64,000 bases of DNA, taken from contig JARFYF010000053.1 of assembly GCA_030265395.1 (NCBI GenBank), positions 26,725,592 to 26,789,591 on the forward strand, written 5' to 3'. The first letter of the stretch is position 1; every line of letters starts with the position of its first letter. This stretch comes from Rhina ancylostomus (lineage: Eukaryota). Both the position numbers and the translations under genes were made by a program. The notes beneath the pieces were generated by a model. That model searched no databases, was not told the origin of the DNA, and saw nothing but the letters and a program-made list of their open reading frames with translations. Positions 13,526 to 26,532 of the stretch are shown piece by piece.

Positions 13526-16500
13526 ATAAAGGAATGTGTTAACAATGGGCAGCTACACTGTTTCTACCTCAATGTTTCTGAATAATTGAACAGAGGAGGA
13601 CTATCTTCACTAGTCAAANNNNNNNNNNNNNNNNNNNNNNNNNNNNNNNNNNNNNNNNNNNNNNNNNNNNNNNNNNNNNNNNNNNNNNNNNNNNNNNNNN
13701 NNNNNNNNNNNNNNNNNNACATGAATTAAGAAATAGAAGCTTGGAAAGTGTGGGGTCTGGATGACCCTGTAGCTTCAACGAACAGGGCAACACCATCATT
13801 ACTTGGTGCCAAAGGCTGTTTGTAATAAAAGGAAAGCATTCTCTTTAAAATACTCTTACTTTATAGATTAAAGGATTAAAGTCAATCAGCCCCAAGAATA
13901 AAACAGTGAAGGAATGCTCTGTGTGCTGGAGTAAAACATTTAGAATGTATGATTCAACATAGTGCACACCCTATTGCAGCATTCTGAGACTGCAAAGAGC
14001 TAGAACAATGAAACACAAGATTCCATCAACAAAGCAAATGAATCATCAGCATGTTCATTACTAATGTGTATAAATATTGTATCACATGTTTTTATAGCTT
14101 GACACTGTATCTACATTAATATAAAGGCATATAAAGAAAACTGCTGGTAACACCCAGCATATTCAATAATGTCTGAAGAGATTTTGAAAGCAGACCTTTA
14201 ATCAACATTGAAAAAGTGGGAAGCTGCAATAATACCATGAATAACTCCCTCTTACTTTGCCAGCCTGGCAAATTATCATGCAGCCACAGCATTAAAAGAA
14301 CATCTTTTTCCTTTCACATATCAGCCGATCTGTTATACAGTTCCAGGATTTTTGATCTTTTCTAAATTCCAGGTTTCTTGCATTTTCAGTTTTTTCTTTC
14401 TATTTATCAATGTACATAACTTTAGAAGAAAAATCATCAATATTTATAATGCACTTACTAATTGACAAAGTATTCATTCAATGAGAAACCATCACTAAGA
14501 TCAGAGGAGCTAAACACTGGGACAAAAGACGTGGGATTGTTAAAATTTGGTAATCTAACCAAAAAACTCCTTTAACTAGGTCTTCAGAGTTTCTCCCTGG
14601 TGAAATCATTAAACTCAGAGTTCAATTGCTTGCACACTCCAAGTGCCAAATTGCACATGGCTTTCTAAATCTCTTCCTGGGAGCTGAGATCTCATCAAAA
14701 GATTAATTCACTATCAGAGTAAAAGTTTAGAAGTGCTGCTCAAAAAGAACTAAAGCTGTCTTGCCGAAGGCAGCACCTGTCCCATGGAACAAATACAGAA
14801 GCTCATTCTGGTACTTAGTAAGTGGAGAAACTGTTATTATTCTAGGCATTAAGTGCAAAGTGAGATATGGAAGCAATGCATTCCTTGGCTAATGTGGCCA
14901 CGTTCTAGACATTTCTTCACAATAAGTTATTCAGTGCACAGCTGCTCAAAGTCTGCTGCTGTATGTCACTGGCAGGGATTTAAATGGTGCAATTAAAGAG
15001 CCAGCAGCAGGAAGGACTCACAACATTTTCCCTGCTCCTCAAAATAAGTTTCTTGGTTCATCACTTTATCCTTTTCCCTTTAATTCACCACTCAGTTGCA
15101 TCATGAGAGAAGATCCACTGACACTCTAAGATCTACCAATACTGGAAAATAGCCTTGTTTTTAGCCATTCATTACTCCCAACAGAAAATTATTACATTAA
15201 AGCAACAACAAATTCACATTCTGAGCAAAATATGATAGTGCTTCATGTGAGTTGTATTGACCAGGACTTTCTCAAAAAGCACCAAGGAGATATTAATGCA
15301 GATGGCAGCACGTGGTCATTGAGGACGATTTTGAAAGAGGAAAGAGAGGCAAGAGTCAGAGTTTAGCACCTTGGCAGATGAAGACACCAAAGGTGGAACA
15401 TTTAAGTTCAGGGACGATGAAGAGCTGATACAATTACAATGTTTAAAGGGCATTTGAACAGGTACTTGCTTAGAAAAGGGGGAAGGAGGATAAGGGCCTA
15501 ATGTGGGCAAATAGGATTAGCATAGATAGGCACCATGGTTGGCATGGAAGAAGGGAGCTGAAAGGACTAATTTTTGTGCTGTATGTTTCTATGATTCTAC
15601 GAGCACAGAGATTCTCCATCTTATTTCTTCAGAGCAATGAATTTACCAATCTAGCCTTGAAGGAAGCCATCAGGAAAGATTTCTGCTAGAATTCCTTGGT
15701 TAATTTGATAGACAGATAACAGGAGACTCAAAGCCANNNNNNNNNNNNNNNNNNNNNNNNNNNNNNNNNNNNNNNNNNNNNNNNNNNNNNNNNNNNNNNN
15801 NNNNNNNNNNNNNNNNNNNNNNNNNNNNNNNNNNNNNNNNNNNNNNNNNNNNNNNNNNNNNNNNNNNNNNNNNNNNNNNNNNNNNNNNNNNNNNNNNNNN
15901 NNNNNNNNNNNNNNNNNNNNNNNNNNNNCTGTAAGGCTCTGTTGATGGCACTGGGTGTCAGTGAATCTACCTTATGTATGCTGCAAAACTGCTCCTGATT
16001 TAATTGTAACCAAGAAGTTAGGTAAGACAGTAAAAACAGTTCAAGCTTCAAACAATAATTGTTAATGAATTTTCCTGTGTGTTCCACAAACCTATTTAGT
16101 GAGGGAGAATCAGGAGAATCACTGCATTAAATCTATCAGAGCTTGGAACATTTATGAATTTGCCCATTGCACAAAATGTTTCAAATCTTTGTACTTTGTA
16201 GCTTGTGCCATTGCGGGTTTGGAAAAGAAAATGGAAAAGGCTGGAAACTGATCAATTTTTCCATTGAAAACACAGTTTTATCTTTTATCTTGAGACAGTA
16301 GTAATTTAACTGATACCTGCAGCAATGTAGGAAAGGATTTAAAGTGCCAGGATTGAGAGAAGAAAGCAGGCTAGGATCCCATTCCTAATTATATTCAGTA
16401 ACATCTGCAGGGACTGCTGATGTGTTGCCATTAGGATAGAAACAGCAACTAATGCCCTGTAATCAAATGCCTTTGAATGCTTCTACCTTAACATGAGTGA

Positions 16501-17649
16501 TTCTAGAGTGGCACTACAGCCTAGAAATCATACTGCCACAAAATGTTAATGCTTCCAAGGAGGAGAAACTTAGGAGTAGCAGAATTTAATAGAATACTGA
16601 GATGCTTTATAATAAGAATTTACATTTTATTGTAAGTGGAGATTTACCTTTATGATAATGTATGCAGTAATTTTGTTTCTGATAGGATATTTAAAAGCTA
16701 AAAATATGAACACAACCCATCACAAAGATGGTTTTAAGAGAGATGGGATAGGGGTGGCTAATAAATTCACCCTTGGGATTCAGGTTGATAATTTAAATGA
16801 GAATTCACAAATTAATATAACAATGATATTAATTTTAAACATAGATGGTTTCCCTGAGCTCAGGTAAAGCTGCAAGTGAAAAGAGGGGAGAATGATTAGA
16901 TCACCAGCACTGATTATGGGTCACCAATCATGAAGAGCTGTGACAGGAGGATGGAGGTTTGATCGGATTCATTGGTTGTTACATTGGTTAACGCTGTCTG
17001 TTGCATGATATTTTTGCTGATTAGCATGCACATAGTCCTGTATTGCAGCTTCAGTAGGCCAGCATTTCATTATCTTTAGATATGTCTATGTTGCCTCTGG
17101 CATGCCTTTGTGCACTCATTGAACTAAGGTTGACCCCGGCTCAATTTGTAGTTCCGATATACCACTCATATTCCAGTTATTCCCATTTTACAATATGCAA
17201 TTTCCTAAACACCTTGCAATGATTCCACTTTTGCATAAATAGCTTGGAATGCAAAAACAATATCCTGCTCTAACTATTATGGGGTTGCAAAATTCTTCGA
17301 TATCAATGCAGTTAGTGGAATCTGTCCTGAAAGAGCAGAACCTTTTGGAATCAAGTCCATGAAAATATATCCTTTCTTAAGTAGTGATTAGTTATATTTT
17401 TAATAAATGGTTTATTACATACAGGAATTGTTAAAATCAGAGTTTATAGAATGACAAATCTCACACTGTACTGATCTCAGAATCAGAAGTTGTAATTTTT
17501 TGTTAATCCAAACGGAATGAAGATGTGCACGTAAGTACAGAGGCTATCCTTACACCTCTCTGTCTCATACAATGCACAAAGCCCAAAACCAGTCAATTTG
17601 CTTTTCCAAATATCCAAACACAATGATCAATAATGGGGATTGATGATGC

Positions 17650-18030
17650 AGTGATTCGGTGGCTGGACTGGTATTTAAGAGACCTTGACTAGCAATGCAA
17701 TTTAAATTAAATCATCTTTAATTTGTAATTTAGGCAATCATTTAAGTGGAAAGCTGGTATTAATGAATTACTACAGAACCCAACTAGTTCACTAATGTTC
17801 TTGAGGGAAGAACCTGCTAACCTTACTTACTGTGAGCTGCATATGATGCCAGTCACTCACTAGCTCTTGGCTTTTAACAGCCCTCTGAAGTAGCCAAGCA
17901 GTTGTTTCAAATGACTACATGGAATAATCAGTGATTCTAGAAGGAAGTTCACCAACATCTTCTCAAAGTCAAGTAGAAATGGGAAATAAATGCTGGTCTT
18001 GCTACCAATGCCTACCTCCCAATAATCAAT
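17650..18030 (+). mobile_element. Decayed SINE with a tail matching the LINE end at 1135-1200
   Basis: Body gttcactaatgttcttgagggaag..ctgc..ccttac and tail gggaaataaatgctggtcttgctaccaatgcc. Confidence 0.5.
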
Positions 18031-20489
18031 AAAAATAACACAGCATGATCATTTAGCAGGCCGCATAGAAATATATCCATTCATGTTGATAAGTAATATT
18101 TACAACCTTTAGTCAAAAAATACAACAGGAGTAAGTTAGCACAACTTAGGGAAACTTGAGTAAAGGCACGTTAACACTTGGGCTGCATATCAAGGGTTTC
18201 TAAAAAATCAACTTATTCTCTCTCACATATGCCCATCAAGTCCCTTTTGATTCTTTTTGCCATTAATCCACACACTCAGAGGCAATTTTTGGGGCAATTA
18301 ATCTTTTATGGTTCAGTGTCAAATTTTAACTGATAATGCTCCAATAAAGTACTTTGATACATGATCAACAATGGAAGTGCTGCATAATTATAAATTGCTG
18401 TTGTGTGATGAAAACAGATATATAAAAGACAAAAACAGTATAAATGTATTTATAGATACAGATAGCACACAATTATACCATAGCATTATGTGAAAATAAA
18501 TTAATATGAATCTTGGGAACAAAAAAATGGCTTTAGAGTGAACCTTATTATGCTGTAACTGGAACAGACTATTCATTAAACTAAATATAAAAAGATAGAT
18601 TTAGCCAGCCTTATTTAGATAAATGCCATAAAGAGTATCAAGACAATTAATAAAAGTAGGAGTGTATTTCAAGATAGTAATACATTTTAATATTCAGAAG
18701 ACAGTGATAAACCTCTCAGAATTGTGTTTTATAGCATAATCTGAATTTAGTCATATTTTCCTGTCACGCAGGCTATTTCTCATTTTACGTATTTGAAAGT
18801 TGGCTGGAAATAAATAGAAAGGGTCAATCTATTCAACACATTCAAATAGGAATGCAAATCATGTTGGACAGATTTGCAACTATCAGTCAATATATAATTA
18901 GGATAAGAAGCATCTTTGCCTTGACAAACAATATATAGTATGTCTATTAAAGAAAGCCTGTTGTGATGAAAATTTTGATTGATTATATAACCACTGGCAA
19001 CAGTACAAAATGATCTGATAATATGCTGAAAATAAAACACAAATACCAATCAAAAACATCCTGTGTTAATGGAATTGTTTATCAGGTTGAACACTCTGTG
19101 AATTCCAATCTTAGTTGTAGAAATACGTGGAAAAAATCTGAAGATGTGGAAACTTAATCTTCTGTTTACTCTTTCATTTTTCTTTCCTTCTCGTTTGGTA
19201 GTATCTGCTATTACATGACCTTCTAACTCTTGAGAGAACATGAATAACTGACTTGCCCTTGTCTCTCTATAACTGTAGATCTACAGACTATCAACATCAA
19301 GGTGATTTTTCACCTTCTATGTGGATGAAAAGAAACAAGTGATTCTCCATGACCTGACTAAAGTTGGAAAGCATCTGCACTGAAAGGTTCTCTTCATATT
19401 GTCCTGTAACCTGTTTCTACAACACACCCATTTTATTGTGGGTGTACCACTGAGCTGCCAATGAAATTTTACTGATTCATTGGTTTTGTTTTGGTAGTTG
19501 GTATTGCAGAGCCCTGTAGATTTACTTACCTGGAACATCGAAGACTACATCCAAACACCTACCTGAACATAATGCTTAAGGGGTCTGATGTACTTGGCAT
19601 CATTCAGATGAGTTTCAGATCAGCTTTGAACTTTATCCTTTTTATAAATTTCATGTCATTTTACCAACATCATTCACCACAATCCAGAGAACAGAATTCA
19701 GTAAGAGTGAAAAACAAATGATTTCAAAATCATCTGCATACAAGGTAAAATGGAACACCTGTACCTTTTATAATAAAGTTTTATTATGTTATCTACCACG
19801 CCAGTATAACTTCTACAACACCTCCGACAAAATGACATGAACATAAATTTATAACTCCTTAATAGCACATAATCCTTCCACTGTCCTAATAAACACATTC
19901 ATTTCAATGTAAAAGTTCAATGGCACATATATTCAGAACAAGAGTGATGATTACATTGAATTGCAATTAGGTTTCCTTCTGATTTGTATGCGATCATAAA
20001 ACCTTTCGTGGGTTGAAAACAGTTTCGAGAGAAATAGAAAGGAGTTGTGACTAAATGATATCTTTAATGACATCAATGTCAAAACCTGGAAACAACACAG
20101 AGATGCAAGTAAAAGTTTAAAAAGCTGCAGATGCTGTAAATCTGAAATAAAAACAGAAAATGTTGGAAACACTCAGAAGGCCAAGCGACATCCATGAAAA
20201 GAGAGAGTTAACATTTTAGTTCTTGTCTGAACTATAAAAAGCCATCTCTCATTGGCAACACAGTTGTAGTCCTGCTCTGTAGTTACATTTGTTACTGCAG
20301 CATGTGACATATCTTGGTCAGCATCTATGTATAGAAATAGAGACTCCTCAAGTATTACTTCTTACTGAACTGCATCCAGGAAAACTGCACCCAGACATTT
20401 GGAGGGGAGGGCCTTCTGCTGAGTCTTCTGATTCCCTTCTTCAGCCTCTTTTCCAAAAGATAGGGTTGTTCCACAGGCCCTCTCATCAT

Positions 20490-21910
20490 AGATTCACAAA
20501 AGGACACTATTCATTGAGTCCAGGTCGATGAATGTAGTAGTCTATTCAATCCTATTTTCTTGCACTTCCTCCATAGCACTGCAAGTTATTTTATCTCTGG
20601 TGCCTATCCAATACTTTTTCAATACTCTTTTAAAATCCCTGATTTACTCTGTTTCCACCACCTCTTCAGGAATGAGTTGCAGATCAAAGACACTGACTGC
20701 AGAAAAAGACTTTCCTCATGTCTATTCTGTGGATTTCTCCCTTACTTTGAATCCATATTCCATTATCTTTGAATCATCCACTAATGGAAACAACTTCTCT
20801 CTACTTACATGATCTCAACTTGTTGTCCGCTTCTACACCACACTGAAATTTCCTCTCAACTCTCATTGTCCCAAGGAGGAGAACCATGCTAGCAGAGTTT
20901 TTTTTCTGTATCATCACTCATAAAGTGTGATAACTACAATTGGGCACCATACTTCAATTGTGGCCTAATCGCCATTTTATAGAAGTTCACCTTAAGCTTA
21001 CTTGCTTAGTACTTTATACCTCCTTTTATGAAGCCGAGGATCTGGACTGGAGGGGGACCAATATTCTTGCAGGCAGGTTTGCTAGAACTGTTGGGGAGGG
21101 TTTAAACTAGTTTGGCAGAGGGATGGGATCCATAGTGATAGGTCAGAGCTTGGTTCATTTTGTGTACAACTAGATGCAGANNNNNNNNNNNNNNNNNNNN
21201 NNNNNNNNNNNNNNNNNNNNNNNNNNNNNNNNNNNNNNNNNNNNNNNNNNNNNNNNNNNNNNNNNNNNNNNNNNNNNNNNAAAATAGGGGGCTATATGGG
21301 ACGGAAGGGTTAAATAGATCTTAGAGCAGGATAAAACGTCAGCACAACATTGTGGGCCAAAAGGCCTGTACTGTACTGTGCTGTAGTGTTCTATACTATG
21401 CTGTAGTGTTCTATGTTCTATGTGCCTTGCTAAGCTTTGAACAGGTCATGTAAACTTTCAAAGTCGTATCCACTGTTCCTTCTTTCTGTACACCTTGTGA
21501 TACTGTATCATTTAACTAACATTGTCACTCCTCAGTCTTTCTGCCAAAAATACTGCTTCACTCTTTTATTTTGTAAACTTTATCTGCCATTTGTCTGTTG
21601 AATCTGCCAGCCCATCTATGTCCTCTTGCAGTCTATCACCATTCTGTTATACAACACATAAACTTGGCATCTACAGATCTTGAAATCTTACTTAACTACC
21701 AACAAGTAACACAGGTGGAAATGCAGTGGTCCTGGCATTGACCCCTGGGGGCACCTCCAACCCTTCAGAATGGAAAACAATACTTTGCCACAACTCTGTT
21801 ACTGAGCCAACCTTTCATCCTACTAACAGTGAGTTTTTGTTTATTCCCTGCACCTCAACAGTAGTATCCTGCATCTTATATGGAATTTTTATAAAGTCTC
21901 CTTTTCATTT
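20490..21910 (-). mobile_element. Old CR1 LINE fragment split by a younger + strand CR1
   Basis: CR1 ORF2-like minus-strand remnants on both sides of 21045-21422, continuing across the insertion (atgaagccgaggatc|..|tgtgccttgcta). Confidence 0.6.
21045..21422 (+). mobile_element. Younger CR1 LINE collapsed over a 100-N gap: ORF1 end on the left, 3' tail on the right
   Basis: WRGTNILAGRFARTVGEGLN* (stop at 21108-21110) is the end of a CR1 ORF1 esterase domain. The right side ends in ggcctgtactg..gttctatgttctatg. Confidence 0.75.
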
Positions 21911-22914
21911 TGAAGACCAAGAGAAATGGCTGCTAAAGCTCTTGTGTCTAGAGCTAACTGGGTTTGGCTGGTGTCTAGTTTTTGACATATGGTCTTAACT
22001 TTGACCCACCATTCCCAGCGGACAAATCAAGCTGTGATAAATTCTTTGAACAACCAATTCCATCAAATCGATGACAATCAAACCTGCAAGCAACTAATGA
22101 TCCATTAAAGTAGTAAATGTAGGGAGCTTCTTGACACCAAATACATTGAAAATATTGCATTAGCTGAGATCCAATCTAACAATATTGGTGTCAAATCAAT
22201 GTTTCACCTTGAATGATGTCATGATTTGATACCCTTCATTACAAAGTTTGAAATAGTTGCACATGCTGACAATCTTACCAAAATGGCAATCACTGCTAGA
22301 CACTATACAAATGTGTTTAACAATGTTGTGTAAAAAGTTCATTCCACATTGGCAGCCGTAACAATCAAAACAGCAAGCACAACTGCAATTAGTATCAGGG
22401 CCAAATGACCTGACAGTGGTTTTTCAAAGAAACATGCTATTCTCCCAAGCCGACAGACATTTCTTGCTCCACACCAGTGAAAATTGAATAACTGGTCATT
22501 CATCTTAAGGTTCTCTGTGCAAATTGCCTGCATAAAAGCAACTGCATTTTGAAAGTAATTTATCAGCGGTGAAGCTCTTCGTGAAAGATTAAGCATGTGA
22601 AAGACTTTATAAAAAATGACATAATCTTTATGATTAGATAAAATAAATTTCATGGAACATATAGCTCAGAAATTGGTCATTTGGTCCAAGGTCACTATTG
22701 TTACTTATGCTGCACTAATGATTTATTCCAGCCTTCCTCATCACAAAAATTCTCACTTCCTTTTTTTCTCATGTACTAATCAGTCTTCGGTGTAAATGTT
22801 ACTTGCCTCAAGGATTCCACAGGCAGGTGAGTTCCACCTTCTCAACTCTCTGTGGATAAAGAGATTTCTTACAGATTCCCAATTTGACTTTTTATTCAAT
22901 CAACATAAATGTCT

Positions 22915-23665
22915 CATTAATTGGGTGATTGGTACTTAGTGGTTGATTTATTATTGTCACATTTACTGAAATAGAGTGACAAGCTTTTGTTTGCATGCCA
23001 TCTAGACAGATCATCCCATACACAAGTACGTTGAGGTAGTACAAAAAGAGTGCAGAATATAGTGTTATAGTTAAAAAGAAAGTGCAATGCAGGTAGACAA
23101 ATAAAGTGCATGGCCCATGACAAGGTAGACTGAAAGATCAAGAGTTCATCTTTAGCGCATGATAGAAGCTGTCCTTAAGCCTGGTGGTATGTGATCACAA
23201 GTTTTTGTATCTTCTGCACAATGGAAGGGGGAGAAGAAAGAATGTCCAGAGTGGGAAGGGTCCTTGATTATTTTGGCTGCTTTCCCAAGGCAGTGGGAAA
23301 TGTAGACAGTCAATGGAAGGGAGGCTGGTTTTCATGATAGACTGGACTGTGTTCACACCTCTCTGAAATTTCTTGTGGTCTTGGGCAGAACAGTTGCCAT
23401 ACCAAGTTGTGATGCATCTGCAAAATTTGGTGAAAATCACTGGGGACATGCCAAACTTTCTTAGTATTCTGAGAAAGTAGAGGTGTTAGTGTGCATTCTT
23501 GACTGTAGCATCCATGTGGCTGGACCAGGACAAATTGTTGGTGATATTTACACCTAGGAACTTGAATCTCTCAAGCTTCTCCACCTCAGCACCATTGATA
23601 AAGATGGGGGTAGGGGAGTGTACTCTGCCCCCACTTCCTGATGTCTATGACTAGCTCTTTTGCTT
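22915..23665 (-). mobile_element. Rex1/Babar-like LINE 3' fragment
   Basis: MSPVIFTKFCRCITTWYGNCSAQDHKKFQRGVNTVQSIMKTSLPSID is typical of the Rex1 C-terminus. Tail atgtgacaataataaa. Confidence 0.78.
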
Positions 23666-25840
23666 TGCACACAAAAAATATTTTAAAGACCTCTATTAGG
23701 TTCCTTTTTTTTCCCAAGAGGAAAGATATTTAGGCTGCCAATCATTTCCTGACAAGTATAACCTTCCAGTTTTGGTATCATTCTTAGGATATATTATTTC
23801 ACACCATGTGGTTCTGTTCTATTCTTTGTTTTATAATATGGCAACCAGGAACATACTTTGTAATTAAGTATGGCTTAACCAGGGATGATATAAGTTTAGC
23901 TATCTATTGGAATGGATAAGTAACTGTTAGTCAGCAACAAGGGAAGGTAGAGAAAAGCGGTCCTTGCTATTGTTAACAATTAATTACAAAGAGTAACTTA
24001 TAAAATTGTTGTGTTGGAATCACATCTACATATATTTCTACCCACTACCACAATGACTTCCTCAACAAATTCAGTTAGTTTTGTTAGACATTACAGTTCT
24101 ATGAGCTCCTCGTAATCAGCTGTTACAGTTTTGTATTCCTTCTCAGTAAAATTATTCTTATCTTGCAGATGAAAAACTGAATAATCCTCAGGACCAGATG
24201 TTTTCCATCCAAAGGTTTCAAAAGTGGAGATGGGGAAATTACAATAACTTTGACCAATGCTCACTAGATGCAGATATAGTCTCTTTAAATTCAAAAGCAC
24301 TTTTAAAAAATGTAAATTACAATGCCTCCCGTGCAATAGATGTTAAACTAATAGGTCTACAATTTTCTGGTTTCTCCCTGTTACCTAATTACTAAAGGCT
24401 GTGACAATGAAAAACTCCTAATAACTAATTACTTAATTACTAAAGCAACAACTGGAACTTTTGAATCTGAAGAGATTCTGCCTGCATTTAATACACTTTG
24501 GCCAAAAGGTCCTGAAATTTTCATACACACATTCTTTAAACCCTAAGGTGGAAAACATCTGGTCCTGGGGATTTGTCACTTGTAGTCTGCTGGGAAAAAT
24601 AATCTTATGAAGAAGGAAAATATACTCTTATAGACTGTTTCAACTATTTAAGTTTCTAATTAATTTTGCATTATTCTTTTAAAGTTACAAACTTTGCAGA
24701 AAAAATGAATGACTCCAGACGGCGGTGCCTGGCTTTATGGGGGAAAGGTGTGGAAGGAATAACTAAATAAATGGATTTGGGCTTTAGTTATTTACAAACG
24801 CGACGTGTGGTCTTCTGTACTGAATATGAAGTATGGGTTAGTGTTGTCAGATGGCGTGCAAAGTACACATTATGTGTTCAGGACAACGCCTGCCTGCCCA
24901 ATGCCCCAGTAACTGGGGACCGCTGTTGGCGTGAACCGACTCAGACTGATTCCAACACGTTCATTTTTAATCATGGCTACAATGGAGGCTTTGTGTTATT
25001 TTAACATTCGCCATCATCCATCACTGTTTAACTCGACACCAGGCATCACAGGGATCTAATCCTCGGGCAGGAATGAAACGCGAAGGCTTTGAAAAAAAAA
25101 TAATTCTTGATTGGTGTGTATGAAGACCATCCTGGGTACGGCAGTAATGTGGAAATTCGATGCTGCCTCCGGAATAGTTGGGGACTTTCTGTGAACGTTT
25201 ACAAGGTGCGAAGGCTGTCGGTGAAAGTGAAAACGGGTTTGGTTTGACCTTTCGCTGCCCGCATCCAGAGACACACGTGTGGCCAACATGTCAAGGCACA
25301 TCAGCATGGAGAGCATTTCAAACTTCACCGCATCCGTGCCCAGCTATGCCATTCATTTACCCCTTACATTGCCCCAAGTGTGCTAGGCGTTACAAAACCC
25401 ATCCCCAACATGTCAAGGGTGGCGTTATACTTGGATCTTGAAACAGTGATGGCACAGTTAGCTGAACAATTTATGGTGCCGAGTCTCTAAAAGAAAATGT
25501 AAGCGACTATCGCTTTGAGCGTTGCATTATTATCTCCAGAATTAAACATTTCTGCACCGAGTTAACACAATGAGTCAGGTTTTCCCGCCTGATCCCATTC
25601 AGCCTGCGGTATCAGACCCAACGGGAGCTACTCCGCTTATTTACAGCTCCAATATATTAGACCTTTGCGGAAATAGGCAGAGCAGATTGACTATTTTATT
25701 CGCCATTTCACACCGAAGAAGCCGGGCGAGTTTCCAAAGCTGCCCTGGCTGGGTGGAGTAACTTTTAAGTTGGAAAACGTCTAAAAAAAATAACTTGGGT
25801 CGTAAGTTTCGGTGAGTTCGTCCGCGCAACCAACACTCCT

Positions 25841-25996
25841 GGGAATCGGTGGAATCAGACTGAAATTTTGATGCACGTCGACAGCTAAGAGTTGGATAGA
25901 ATTTCTGCGCCTTCTATATATATCCCGGTGATTTCATGCCAGCGGAGACTTTAAATGCCGCCTAACAGTTGGCGCTGCCATACTCCTGTGCAGTTG
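25841..25996 (+). promoter_or_regulatory. Myogenin proximal promoter: Pbx/Meis plus non-canonical E-box (25868-25890), MEF2-like CTATATATAT (25914-25923), TTCATGCCAGC NFI-like block (25933-25943), TATA TTTAAATG (25950-25957), E-boxes CAGTTG (25966-25971, 25991-25996)
   Basis: Motifs read directly from the sequence. Their order and spacing match the mammalian myogenin promoter as I recall it (TTGATG..ACAGCT.AGA, MEF3, CTATATTTAT, TTCATGCCAGC, TTTAAATG, CAGTTGGCG). Confidence 0.9.
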
Positions 25997-26039
25997 GTGC
26001 TTGGGATAACTCGAGAGCAAAAAAAAAGCCTCATTGATA

Positions 26040-26532
26040 ATGGAGGTATTCGAAACCAACCCTTACTACTTCACAGACCAGCGGTTCTTCGACAATGAAA
26101 ACCTCTTCCCTTCGCGCCTGCAGGGGTTTGAGCAGCCGGTGTACCAGGAGCGGCTGGGGACGGGTCTGGGCGCGGATGCCAGGGCGCTGGAAGCTGGCCT
26201 GGAGGAACACGTGNNNNNNNNNNCAGCAGCAACTCCAGCAGCAGGACTGCCGCGGCCAGTGCTTGCTGTGGGCGTGCAAGACCTGCAAGAGGAAATCCGT
26301 GACCTTGGACAGGAGAAAGGCAGCGACCCTGAGGGAGAAGAGGAGGCTGAAGAAAGTGAACGAGGCGTTCGAGGCTCTGAAGCGAAGTACTTTGTTGAAT
26401 CCCAATCAGAGACTGCCCAAAGTGGAAATCCTTCGCAGCGCCATTCAGTACATCGAGAGGCTCCAGGCTCTGCTCAGCACTTTGAACCAACACGACAAGT
26501 TGCACTACAGTGGCAGCAACACGCGTCGGGGG
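26040..26532 (+). CDS. MYOG: Myogenin exon 1 (N-terminal activation domain, Cys-rich basic region, bHLH); 3' boundary approximate because the donor lies at or in the N-gap
   Basis: ATG at 26040 gives [18 protein letters not shown]...EEHV. After a 10-N gap the frame reads [89 protein letters not shown]. The ME.FETNPY N-terminus and the [30 protein letters not shown] residues are myogenin-type rather than MyoD/Myf5/Myf6-type. Confidence 0.96.

Noticed and set aside
1-24700. Host protein-coding exons (e.g. ADORA1) upstream of MYOG
   Set aside because: I found no recognisable non-transposon peptide. Small or non-coding exons cannot be excluded by eye.
25780-25795. CTAAAAAAAATAAC as a second MEF2 site
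   Set aside because: The A-tract is too long for YTA(W)4TAR. Other isolated MEF2-like decamers (e.g. ~4140, ~18581, ~48842) are expected by chance in AT-rich DNA.
26214-26223. Apparent frameshift in MYOG exon 1, suggesting a pseudogene
   Set aside because: The shift falls exactly on a 10-N placeholder next to a CAG run. Both flanks, the other exons, the visible splice sites and the promoter are intact, so this is an assembly artefact.
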